64,000 bases of DNA from a virus, in IMG/VR virus record IMGVR_UViG_3300008450_000013, positions 1-64,000 of that record; one strand, written 5' to 3'. The translations under genes were made by a program, and so were the position numbers. This document shows positions 1-8,596 of the stretch, piece after piece. The notes beneath the pieces are model-generated. The model worked only from the letters and a program-made list of their open reading frames with translations. It did not search any database and was not told the origin of the DNA. Within the stretch, counting starts at the first letter, position 1. Each line of letters opens with the position of its first letter.

Positions 1-376
1 TGCCCCATTTGTTTGCATATCAATATATTCGCCAGCGTCATTTTTCGATGTGTCAAAATTCACGGAATCTACAGATGGGTTCCAACACCAAGTTTCAAAA
101 TCTTCCTTCGTTTGCTCTTGCTCTAGCTGGCTCTCTAGCTCTTTGATTCGCTCTTTCAACTGCTCCACCTCAATTTGATATTGTCTACAAAACTCTGTAG
201 CACAATCAAGCTGTTGTTCTAAGCTTCTGACTTCCTCAGACATTTCCTGTTCGTCGCTCATAATTTCTCCTTAAAATACGTATAAGCTGTCTGCACAGCC
301 ACAAATAACACAACACTAATCGCTGCCACAGCCCAACACTGCAACAACCATGCAACGAATAATATAGTAGAATAAA

Positions 377-583
377 TCATGTGTCAAGCCCTTTCTTAAT
401 AATTTTCTTAAATTCATCTGGAGCATAATAGTTCCACAATGTGAAATCTGTGTCGTAAAGCTTCTGCATACGTTGTAGCTGTGCTAGTTCTTCACGTCCT
501 TTGCGAGTGATTCTGTAATCATCTGAGAACTCATGTGTCCAATCGTGCGAAGCTAGACACTTCTCATAGAGAGCTATTGTCAT
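377..583 (-). CDS. hypothetical phage protein
   Basis: 68-aa ORF in a tightly packed leftward run; overlaps the upstream ORF. Confidence 0.6.
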   Translation of the reverse strand: MTIALYEKCLASHDWTHEFSDDYRITRKGREELAQLQRMQKLYDTDFTLWNYYAPDEFKKIIKKGLDT

Positions 584-866
584 AATCTTCCCATTCTAAT
601 AATTTATTTAAAACATTCTGCCAAGAAGTTCTATCATTCCACTGTCCTAACGTATAAAATCCAGCTTCAGGGTTAGCTTCACGTTCCTCTTCATCCTTCT
701 TAAAAGCATACTTAAGCTCTCGGAGCATGAGCTTCTTAGTTTTATCTGGCACTTCATCGAAGTTAGCTAGGAACGCTTCTTCAAAATCTGAGACAATGTA
801 TGACATACGCCCAAGGCAATATCTGAAACTACAAAACCATAATACATCCAAGTGTGTTTGTTTCAT
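564..866 (-). CDS. hypothetical phage protein
   Basis: 100-aa ORF with GGAGG-like RBS; FRYCLGRMSY motif resembles small phage proteins. Confidence 0.7.
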   Translation of the reverse strand: MKQTHLDVLWFCSFRYCLGRMSYIVSDFEEAFLANFDEVPDKTKKLMLRELKYAFKKDEEEREANPEAGFYTLGQWNDRTSWQNVLNKLLEWEDYDNSSL

Positions 867-1052
867 TTAGCCCCTCCCCTTCAACATTTCATCTGCGAAA
901 TAATAAGCCATTTCACCAAGTTGTTCTAGCTCGTATTCTTTAGGATTAGATAACATACCTTGCATAGCCAATCCTGCAAAGTGGTCACGAAGAGTTGAAA
1001 ATTCTTTGTCAGTGTCCATTTTCAAGTGGTTGTTGTTAATTAACTCTTTCAT
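867..1052 (-). CDS. conserved small phage protein (TLRDxFAxxAMQG family)
   Basis: TLRDHFAGLAMQGML...AYYFADEML motif common in phage hypotheticals. Confidence 0.7.
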   Translation of the reverse strand: MKELINNNHLKMDTDKEFSTLRDHFAGLAMQGMLSNPKEYELEQLGEMAYYFADEMLKGRG

Positions 1053-1270
1053 ACATTCTCCAAGTAAAAATGTTTTACTTTCTTTAGGCGCTTCACAGCA
1101 TTCTTAGGGTGAATAAGGTGCTTGTCTCCGAGATAGTTCTTAGCAGCCTGTAATTTGTCCTCCAACACATTGTCTGCTGTAATCTTAGCAGAATACACAT
1201 TGTCAATTGTGTGAGATTGATCGTCAGATGTCATGCATTTCTGTTTAAATATATTCCAAAATAAATTCAT
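1049..1270 (-). CDS. hypothetical phage protein
   Basis: AAGGA RBS; 4-nt overlap with the next gene. Confidence 0.6.
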   Translation of the reverse strand: MNLFWNIFKQKCMTSDDQSHTIDNVYSAKITADNVLEDKLQAAKNYLGDKHLIHPKNAVKRLKKVKHFYLENV

Positions 1271-1441
1271 TTGGTTTCCTTTTCTTTTAATTTATAACCT
1301 GCTTTGAACGATTGAAAACTGAAATCAATTGTAGAGTTCATGTAGAAGTCCATACTACTACTTCTAATAAATTTACTTATTGGTTTATAGTTTTCAATAT
1401 ACCATGTTTCAAACTCTTGGTTTATGACAGGAATTTTCATA

Positions 1442-1654
1442 TTAGTCCTTTGGTTGGTTGTCGAAATAAATTTGTTTAGCTTGTTGAAATGCGTTATGTA
1501 TTCCTACCCATTCTGCCACAGCTTCATGAAAAAGAAATTCATGTCTTGTGTCAATCATTTTTCGTCTTTCGGCTGTTCGTTGTCTAGCCTTATAAACTCT
1601 CCAAGCTAAGTTTGCTAGGATTTTACGGTCTGTGTGCATATTAAATCCTCTCAA
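1442..1654 (-). CDS. hypothetical phage protein (true start probably 1639)
   Basis: GAGG upstream of the internal ATG (MHTDRK). Confidence 0.55.
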   Translation of the reverse strand: MRGFNMHTDRKILANLAWRVYKARQRTAERRKMIDTRHEFLFHEAVAEWVGIHNAFQQAKQIYFDNQPKD

Positions 1655-1946
1655 TTAGTTTCATAATCAAGTTGCTAGGCTCAATTCTATGTGTATTATC
1701 AGAGTATGTCAAGGGGTATTCTGTTGTTGCTGGTTCTATGTTGTAATAGCTTGACATCTCATCAAAAATAAATGTACTACCATTCTCTAACTTCCATGTT
1801 GTCGGCATGTATCCAACATCTGTGAGGCAGGCTTCCATCATTTCCATGGTAAGAGACTTGCCCCTAAATCTACCTCCTCCTCCGACAATTAGCACTCTCT
1901 TGTCATCTTTCGTATACAGTTCTTCGTTCATACAACACCCTTTCAC
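1641..1946 (-). CDS. hypothetical phage protein
   Basis: ORF packed against the recombinase stop codon. Confidence 0.5.
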   Translation of the reverse strand: MKGCCMNEELYTKDDKRVLIVGGGGRFRGKSLTMEMMEACLTDVGYMPTTWKLENGSTFIFDEMSSYYNIEPATTEYPLTYSDNTHRIEPSNLIMKLIERI

Positions 1947-2590
1947 ACTGCTTTAGCAGAAATTTGTCGTTGTAGTTGTTCCCACTTAACTTCCAATTGC
2001 TTAAAAGCCTCAGCACAAGAATATTGCTTCTTGTATGTGCTTACTGTCTTCTCAGATATGCCATGTCGATGTGCTACATTCATACGAGAAACACCAGCTT
2101 GCAAGTCTGCTAGGATTGCTTTGATTTTGTCTGGGCTGTGTTGCATTTGGCGACCAACGATAGTTCCTTGTTCACGAGTTCTATTCAATCCAGCCACTAC
2201 ACGCTCCGCGATCATGTTTCTTTCTAGCTCCGCCACCGCACTAAGCATTGTCAAGAGCATCTTACCAATGGGACTACACAAGTCTACAGAATCAAGCTGC
2301 AACACTCTCAGCTTAACTCCCATAGACTTGAACAATTCTACTGTGTTAAGAATATCAATAGCACTACGCCCCATACGATCTATAGAAATTGTGACAACAC
2401 AATCTGAAGGCTTGAGAATGCTTAACATTTCCTTGAACGCAGGTCGTTGTCCAGCCTCTACTGTACCACTGACACCGACATCTGAGAACTGTTTGTCAAT
2501 CTTAAAACCAGCATCTGCAATCAGCTTATCTTGATTGTCGGTTGTTTGCCCTTTCAGCGTACTTACGCGAGTGTAAGAGTATGTAGCCAT
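1943..2590 (-). CDS. small serine recombinase (resolvase/invertase family) with C-terminal HTH
   Basis: YTRVST catalytic Ser motif, D.GVSG, RP.F..ML, IDRMGRS, AELER.MIAER...G...G..GR, C-terminal HTH. Confidence 0.95.
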   Translation of the reverse strand: MATYSYTRVSTLKGQTTDNQDKLIADAGFKIDKQFSDVGVSGTVEAGQRPAFKEMLSILKPSDCVVTISIDRMGRSAIDILNTVELFKSMGVKLRVLQLDSVDLCSPIGKMLLTMLSAVAELERNMIAERVVAGLNRTREQGTIVGRQMQHSPDKIKAILADLQAGVSRMNVAHRHGISEKTVSTYKKQYSCAEAFKQLEVKWEQLQRQISAKAV

Positions 2591-2622
2591 TTGAATTTCT
2601 CCAAGAATTATTTGATGAACGT

Positions 2623-2651
2623 ATTATTGCAGAACTATTTTTATCTGTCAA
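2623..2651 (-). promoter_or_regulatory. sigma70-like promoter for the recombinase
   Basis: TTGACA-17nt-AATAAT on the minus strand. Confidence 0.6.
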
Positions 2652-3144
2652 GCTTTCTTTTCAAAATCTCAGCAGCCTTGATAAAATCTCTCAACCGCAT
2701 TCCCTGAAAAGCATCTGTCTGTACAAAATTATCTATCAGAGGCTCCATGTCACTGTCATCATCTAGAATGACAAAGTTATCAAACTCTGAGGAATACTTA
2801 TTAATCCACTGCAAGATTTCTTTACCTCGTCCGTGTTCTTCATAAGGAACCCCATTTATAGTAGGAGTCTTCCAACGATCATCTGTGTACATGTAATGTC
2901 CTAATGACGGACAAGCAGCTCCTAATATTCCTTGCAGTGCATATTGGTCGTAGAGTTTTCTCCAAGAGCTACTAATCACAATACGACAATTATATTCTTC
3001 ACAGAGACGCTTTACAAGACGACATGATACAGGGTCAAGATAGTTGTATCCTGCAATTTCTCCTTCTGCAATGCATGTCTCAGGGTTACAGATAACTCCG
3101 TCAAAATCCAAGAAGATGATGTTTGGTAGTGGCTTAGTTGTCAT
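2641..3144 (-). CDS. HAD-superfamily phosphatase (Swiss-Army-knife RNA-repair-like HAD domain)
   Basis: IFLDFDGV (DxD), IVISSSWR and FVILDDDSDM motifs. Confidence 0.85.
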   Translation of the reverse strand: MTTKPLPNIIFLDFDGVICNPETCIAEGEIAGYNYLDPVSCRLVKRLCEEYNCRIVISSSWRKLYDQYALQGILGAACPSLGHYMYTDDRWKTPTINGVPYEEHGRGKEILQWINKYSSEFDNFVILDDDSDMEPLIDNFVQTDAFQGMRLRDFIKAAEILKRKLDR

Positions 3145-3309
3145 TGTTAGTCACTCCCACATCAAGAACATAGAAAGCTCCTTTATAGAAGCTAATCGTA
3201 ACAACCCAGCCTTCAGACTCTGTTGTAACTACCTCTCCAAAAGCTTTGGCTTCGTCAAACATTTCTTGTGAAGGAGGTTTGTAGTGGACAGGGAATTCTA
3301 TGAATGGTT

Positions 3310-3558
3310 TCATAATTTCTTCTCCTTATTCAAATAGAACAATCTACTCTCGGCAATCTCTAACGCAAAAGCCTTCTCAGCTACTTTCTTTCTATTAGCC
3401 ATAACACCCTTCCACACATTTATGTCGTGGTTAGAGCTAATTCTTTCAATGTCACATAAATCTAAATCTTCCGAGCTACGAATTAATGTCCGCAGTCCTT
3501 GCCAATATGCATTGTACAGAGCTTTTAGTTCTGTGTCTTGTTGGTCTTCTGAGATCAT
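3310..3558 (-). CDS. hypothetical phage protein
   Basis: 82-aa ORF with AAGGA RBS. Confidence 0.55.
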   Translation of the reverse strand: MISEDQQDTELKALYNAYWQGLRTLIRSSEDLDLCDIERISSNHDINVWKGVMANRKKVAEKAFALEIAESRLFYLNKEKKL

Positions 3559-3885
3559 TCTGCTTCCTTCACTTTTCTCTTAAGCTCTTCTCTCATCCAG
3601 TTGTATGAGAAACTTGGTTGAGCTTTACCTACTGTGAGGATTGTGATAATCCCATCTAGTATTTGACAGAATCCATATTTAATACGTCTCTTATCAAAGT
3701 TCTTGTTATAAGTCATATCATTTCTCCTTTAATTTACCAACAAACCAATAAGCTCCTACCAAAGCCAACATTCCTCGGAAGAATCCGTTGAAGTGTTCTG
3801 ATACTCCGTGCACTAAGCCTATCATAATGAAACTTAACACAATAGCTACGCACAGCTCAATAATGAACCACATGAATGCTTTCAT

Positions 3886-4113
3886 TTAGCTTCCTTTTAA
3901 TTTATGTTCTAAACGTATAATCTTCACTTGCATGTCATACTTATCACAAATATCATGGATAGTACTATTCTGATAGACAACAACCTCGACATCATTATGT
4001 TTCGCAACAAATCCATTCCGATGCGAGGTTCTAACTTCTTCTAGCACTCTTTGCAAGAAAAAATATATGTGCTCTCCTAATTGTGCTTCAACTACTGGCA
4101 TATTGTTATTCAT
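3886..4113 (-). CDS. hypothetical phage protein
   Basis: AGGAG RBS, 75 aa. Confidence 0.65.
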   Translation of the reverse strand: MNNNMPVVEAQLGEHIYFFLQRVLEEVRTSHRNGFVAKHNDVEVVVYQNSTIHDICDKYDMQVKIIRLEHKLKGS

Positions 4114-4123
4114 AAGTTCTCCT

Positions 4124-4492
4124 TTAGTTAATCAAATCAACAAGACATGTTGCTTCCAACAACACTTGATAATACCCATCACTGTGAGAATTCTCCCAAG
4201 CCTTCTCAAACAGTTTCTCACGCTTAGGGTGATTTGTAATCCCAAGCTCTTCAAATAAATCTTGTTTGAATTCATTGTAGAGCTTTGCCTTCTCTTCGTT
4301 ATATTGCTTCAAGTGTTTCTTGTAAGCTTCTTTGTTTAATACAGTTTCTTTAGCTGAGTAGTTTGTCGGAGCAACAATACCCACACCAGAAGCTGCAATA
4401 CAAACACCAGCTTTGTAGTAGTACGTTGTTTCATATTCTCGTTTGTTAGGGTATTTAGTTGTTGGTGTCGCGTAGTAATCCATGTCTTTCAT
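4124..4492 (-). CDS. conserved hypothetical phage protein
   Basis: AAGGAG RBS; first gene after the leftward promoter; FKQDLFEELG...HPK.EKLF.KAWE..HS.G motif. Confidence 0.75.
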   Translation of the reverse strand: MKDMDYYATPTTKYPNKREYETTYYYKAGVCIAASGVGIVAPTNYSAKETVLNKEAYKKHLKQYNEEKAKLYNEFKQDLFEELGITNHPKREKLFEKAWENSHSDGYYQVLLEATCLVDLIN

Positions 4493-4523
4493 TTATTTCT
4501 CCTTACGTTGTTAATGTGTAGTC

Positions 4524-4552
4524 ATTGTGAAGCATTTAAAATTCCTTGTCAA
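4524..4552 (-). promoter_or_regulatory. leftward sigma70-like promoter
   Basis: TTGACA-17nt-CACAAT on the minus strand. Confidence 0.6.
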
Positions 4553-4651
4553 GCATTTTGTTGAGTTAATTCTCTAGGAATTCCAGTTATATGAAATAAG
4601 TATATCTCTAATACGTGTTATCAATTATGGTGATATCTGTTATTAAGCTAC

Positions 4652-4680
4652 TTGCAATTTCACCATCTCACTGTTATAAT
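4652..4680 (+). promoter_or_regulatory. sigma70 promoter driving the putative ncRNA
   Basis: TTGCAA(4652-57)-17nt-TATAAT(4675-80) with extended -10 TG. Confidence 0.75.
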
Positions 4681-4686
4681 GTCTGT

Positions 4687-5168
4687 TACATAGAAGGGCG
4701 GTTGTAATTGTACGTTGGCTTCTATGGAATATGTGAAATCATATTACAGACATCTACCAAGGGAGTGCGCAAGGTGTCAGCTTGAAAGAAGGGTATTATT
4801 ACACATGCGAAATCAATCAAAGTTGATTAATAACGTGTCAATGATAGTATTCGGAAGTGGAAGCTTCGCACAGCATAATACAATAGTGCTGCATATAGCC
4901 ACTGAAATGAATGGAGTGTATTCTCACATTCTGCTTATAAGTGATAATCGGTGACAGGGATGTTCTGTTGTTGAGAGACTATAAGTAAACCTCTAAGCTG
5001 CTTCTTAGGAAGTGGCTAGGGAAAGTTTTGCTTAAAGTTCCTCTCAGTGACAGGGGTTATATACTACTGTAAGATGCATTCAGTTTACTTTAAGTACGTT
5101 ATATCAGAATAAATGATACAAATAAAGAGTACATAGAGCTACAGCCTTAATCGGTTAGTAGCTCTTTT
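4687..5168 (+). ncRNA. putative large structured non-coding RNA (~480 nt), family unassigned
   Basis: Bounded by a promoter and an intrinsic terminator; no credible ORF; many helices with G-U pairs valid only on the + strand (e.g. 4963-4977 with 5041-5055, 15 bp including 5 G-U). Confidence 0.7.
5135..5168 (+). terminator. intrinsic terminator ending the ncRNA
   Basis: AGAGCTAC...GTAGCTCT stem followed by T-tract. Confidence 0.7.
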
Positions 5169-5191
5169 GCTTTATGGAGAGAAGAAATATG

Positions 5192-5220
5192 TTGACATAC
5201 AAAACTAGAGGAGCTACTAT
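5192..5220 (+). promoter_or_regulatory. sigma70 promoter for the rightward gene block
   Basis: TTGACA-17nt-TACTAT. Confidence 0.75.
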
Positions 5221-5252
5221 TCTTTCATTCGCTAACAAACAAGGAGAAACAA

Positions 5253-5513
5253 ATGTCAAGATTTGAAGATTGGATATTAGAAACATCACGTAGAGCTGGA
5301 ACACATATTGACAGGAGCACAAATGGAACATACTTAGACAATCGTGTAGCTGCTAAATATTCTGCTTGGAAAGCTTCTAAGACGCTTCCAACAGCTAAAC
5401 AAGTTCTTGACACATATCATAATAATGTTGTAGAGTATGATCTGTCCACTAACGAAGGGATATTTATGTTGGTGTCTGATGTTGTTAATCGTATGAATAA
5501 GGAGGATGTATGA
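5253..5513 (+). CDS. hypothetical phage protein
   Basis: AAGGAG RBS after the promoter. Confidence 0.7.
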   Translation: MSRFEDWILETSRRAGTHIDRSTNGTYLDNRVAAKYSAWKASKTLPTAKQVLDTYHNNVVEYDLSTNEGIFMLVSDVVNRMNKEDV

Positions 5514-5785
5514 AACATTTCAATACTAGAACAGTACCAGAGAAAACAGAAACATACTGCAGTGGAACAACTTGTGACTTTTGCAATAACAGGCTAGATT
5601 TTGTAAAGTATGCTGACTACTCTGTAGTCGAGATGTCACATGAAGAAGGTGTTAATTATCCTGAATACAGCCATTACACTAAGGTGCACATCCACTCTTG
5701 TGTTACTTGCTTTAATTCAAAGATACTTCCAAAGCTTAAGGAAATAGCTATCAGCGAGTTCTATGTCGAGAAGTATGAAGATTGA
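5510..5785 (+). CDS. hypothetical Zn-finger-like protein
   Basis: CDFC...CVTC pairs; AGGAGG RBS; ATGA overlap. Confidence 0.7.
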   Translation: MKHFNTRTVPEKTETYCSGTTCDFCNNRLDFVKYADYSVVEMSHEEGVNYPEYSHYTKVHIHSCVTCFNSKILPKLKEIAISEFYVEKYED

Positions 5786-5990
5786 GACTGTACAAAACAA
5801 CAGGTGAGAAATATCATGAAGATATTTAGAGTGACATACAAAATATATGATGACTTTGGAGAATTAATCAGAATCAGTATTGACAAGCCTAATAAAGACG
5901 ATTATAGTTACACCACTGTCAAGGAACTTATATTTGACACAGAATTATGTGAAGAAGCTTTGTTTTAATAAATTTTAAAGGAGAATTACA

Positions 5991-6407
5991 ATGAATACGA
6001 ATAACACGACAAATTTGCAACAAGTTGCAACACAGCAAATTAACGACACAACAGCCAAGAATGCAGCTATTCTTACAGCGATGTACGACGTAGCATTCAA
6101 TAAAGTGCCAGATGCTGAAGGCTTTCAATATTGGATGAATGAAATGGCTAATGGCAAGACAAGCCATGACATTGCTAAGATTTGGCAGAGCTACATTCCT
6201 AGCTTTGGTAGCATGGCTAACACAGAGGTTGTCATTGATATGTTTAGCAACAATGGATACAATCATGATGCTAGCACGTCAGTGCAGAATCACTGGGGTA
6301 ATTTGGCATTAAGTGCTGTGCCCAGCTATGAGCTGTTGTATGATATGAGTGTGAAGCTTGTAGGGCAGACAAATGAGTTTCACAGTTTTTATGACAATTA
6401 TTTCTAA
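5991..6407 (+). CDS. stand-alone DUF4214-like (S-layer anchoring-type) domain protein
   Basis: MYDVAFNKVPDAEGFQYWMNEMANG matches the LY..aFgR.PD.eG..YW DUF4214 pattern; AAGGAG RBS. Confidence 0.7.
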   Translation: MNTNNTTNLQQVATQQINDTTAKNAAILTAMYDVAFNKVPDAEGFQYWMNEMANGKTSHDIAKIWQSYIPSFGSMANTEVVIDMFSNNGYNHDASTSVQNHWGNLALSAVPSYELLYDMSVKLVGQTNEFHSFYDNYF

Positions 6408-6420
6408 TAGGAGAATTACA

Positions 6421-6972
6421 ATGACTATAAAATTTAAAGTAGGTGATCGTGTGGTTCGCACAGAACCTTATACATGGGTGTTTGACTATGATTTTATGCA
6501 AAAAGATAGCGAATACATAGTTAGTGACATTATTGGAATCCTAAACTTGAAGGTTGAAGGAAGTAATCATATTTATGCGAGTGCGAACTTCAAGCTTGTA
6601 GAAGAAAATCCAGTATTCAAAGCCATGAAATTTCGTGTAAACACTCCAGAGCAGTCTAAAGAAATTCAGGAAGCTTTGTTCTCTATGGGGTATGGGTGGG
6701 AGCAATACGCAAAGAAAGTTATGTTTCAAGAGGATGTTTGGGATTGGATATATACAGAGGGTAATGGATATATCTGGAGGATGTACAAGGAAGGCGAAGG
6801 AATTTGTAGCATCTTTGATTCTGCAGAAGAATTTACAATCAAGACTACAAAATCCTATGAACTCATTCCTGTGGAAACTGAAATTCCAGAAGAAACAATT
6901 GAGCTAATGGGACAGAAGTATTCTAAGAAGGAATTGGAAAATGCTTTACGTTCTCTGAAGCCTGTTGAATAG
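6421..6972 (+). CDS. hypothetical phage protein (KFKVGDRV N-terminus)
   Basis: AGGAG RBS before ATG 6421; modular phage motifs FKVGDRV and SKEIQEALF..GY.W. Confidence 0.75.
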   Translation: MTIKFKVGDRVVRTEPYTWVFDYDFMQKDSEYIVSDIIGILNLKVEGSNHIYASANFKLVEENPVFKAMKFRVNTPEQSKEIQEALFSMGYGWEQYAKKVMFQEDVWDWIYTEGNGYIWRMYKEGEGICSIFDSAEEFTIKTTKSYELIPVETEIPEETIELMGQKYSKKELENALRSLKPVE

Positions 6973-7203
6973 GATTTCCTTGGAAATTACGTTTTCCTGA
7001 TGTTTTGAAAATGCCTTGGAAAATAGGATTTTGATTTTGTCTTGGAAAACGTAATTGAACAGGAAAATACGTTTACACATTGTTCTATCATAATCATGCT
7101 GCAAATATGCAACATTTATGTAAGAATGATGTGTAAACACAACTGAAATAAGTAATATCATGGGCGTGGTAGATAACATGGACATGGTTGTTTAGGAGGG
7201 AAT

Positions 7204-7413
7204 ATGGAGAAGATGTATTATAATGGTAGGGAGGTTATTCTTGTTCAGAACATGTATGAGAGTAATCTGGATAATTTCCTCTGTCATAACTGTGTATTGG
7301 TGAGCGAGAACAACTGTGTTAAAGTGATTAACCCTCCACAGGGTAATAACATTTGTTGTCCTAGAAATAGTGGGAAGTTTTATGTATTTAAATTCAAGGA
7401 GGAAGCAGAATGA
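7204..7413 (+). CDS. small Cys-rich hypothetical protein
   Basis: AGGAGG RBS; CxxC...C...CC. Confidence 0.6.
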   Translation: MEKMYYNGREVILVQNMYESNLDNFLCHNCVLVSENNCVKVINPPQGNNICCPRNSGKFYVFKFKEEAE

Positions 7414-7649
7414 AAGTAGTTCAGCAATGTAATGAGAAGCCTAAGTATGTGCCTATTACGATAACATTAGAGACAGCAGAAGAATTTATGGAGTTGTATT
7501 CAATTGTGAATAACAATACGCAACAGACTAATGTCGAGAAGTGGGTTAAGGAAGACTTTAATATAGACAATTATGTTTCTCCGAATAGCCCTGATCTGTT
7601 GTATGAATCTTTGAAGCAGCTTAAACAACAAGTAAAGGAGACATTATGA
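7410..7649 (+). CDS. hypothetical phage protein
   Basis: PITITLET.EE motif; ATGA overlap. Confidence 0.65.
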   Translation: MKVVQQCNEKPKYVPITITLETAEEFMELYSIVNNNTQQTNVEKWVKEDFNIDNYVSPNSPDLLYESLKQLKQQVKETL

Positions 7650-7867
7650 GCATTTCAGTGAGTAGATTAGATGAAAGTTCTCCTGTGGTTATAAAGCTCA
7701 CTGAGAAATGTGAATTGGAGTTCTTGAATGCTGCTATCAAACATTTTCTTGCTAACGGACATTACTCAGATATGATAACAGGTAGCAAACATATCAATAT
7801 GCGTAGCTTGGATAGCTTAATTACTGGCTTTAGCAATGTTAATTTTTGTTTGAAATACTATTTGTAA
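7646..7867 (+). CDS. hypothetical phage protein
   Basis: AAGGAG RBS; ATGA overlap. Confidence 0.6.
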   Translation: MSISVSRLDESSPVVIKLTEKCELEFLNAAIKHFLANGHYSDMITGSKHINMRSLDSLITGFSNVNFCLKYYL

Positions 7868-8059
7868 AGATTTATACGCCCTGTCATTCCCTTCAATGGG
7901 AAGCAGGGCTTTGTCACATCTGGCTTGTAATATGTGTGGGAATATTCTAGAGAATATTTTTATAAATTTAAAAAATTTTAAGGCCAACTTTCGGAGTTGT
8001 GTAATCATTCTCCCTCCCCATGAATTCCTCGTTTTCAGCCTGCTTTGTCAAGGATGCTT

Positions 8060-8150
8060 TACATAACTATATAAGCATATAACTATATAATCATATACGT
8101 ATATAACTATTTACGCATAGATGCAAATACGTATATAAGCATGTAAAGCA
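8060..8150 (+). repeat. AT-rich short imperfect tandem repeats (TATAACTA/TATAAGCA-like)
   Basis: ataactat ataagcat ataactat ataatcat ... atataactat ... atataagcat. Confidence 0.7.
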
Positions 8151-8566
8151 CGTTTGACTTTTCTTGTAATTGCGTTGGTAAGTGTTAGACAGCTCAAGGA
8201 CGTTATAGAATGCCGTTACAGCTTGCGAGAACGCCCCAGAATCAATTTAAAACACTTGGTAGGGTACTTACTAGCCTAAAACATTTAAACGGCTCAGAAT
8301 GGCTTAAAATGCTTGTCTGAATATGGCGTGCAGGAAGCAATTAATAGCGCAATTCCAAAGGAAGGCGAAACGAGGCACAAGCTAGCTTCAGAATATGATA
8401 ATAAGCTTGTGGGACTGTCAATAGAACGGACAGCGAAGGGAAACAAACGACAAGACGAATATTAAAACATATAAAACCAGAATGCAAGCATGTTGTGAAA
8501 ATACTTCAAAATAAATACATGCATATATAAGCATCAAATTATTTTGAAGTTATTTGCAGAAAGTTG

Positions 8567-8596
8567 TTGACAGAATTTTCGATTCTCTGTTAAGAT
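8567..8596 (+). promoter_or_regulatory. sigma70 promoter for the early small-ORF block
   Basis: TTGACA-18nt-TAAGAT with extended TG and an A/T-rich upstream region. Confidence 0.65.

Noticed and set aside
1641-1946. P-loop NTPase from GGGGRFRGKS and FIFDE
   Set aside because: Too short for an NTPase fold; at most a degenerate fragment
1943-2590. Integrase indicating a prophage
   Set aside because: Small resolvase-type protein without the large recombinase/zinc-ribbon domains; no repressor or att context seen
4765-4770. GTGCGC resembling a group II intron 5' end
   Set aside because: No domain V (AGC triad hairpin) or domain VI found, and no interrupted gene
4715-4954. 79-aa ORF inside the putative ncRNA
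   Set aside because: TTG start without RBS, atypical composition, and it overlaps extensive RNA helices
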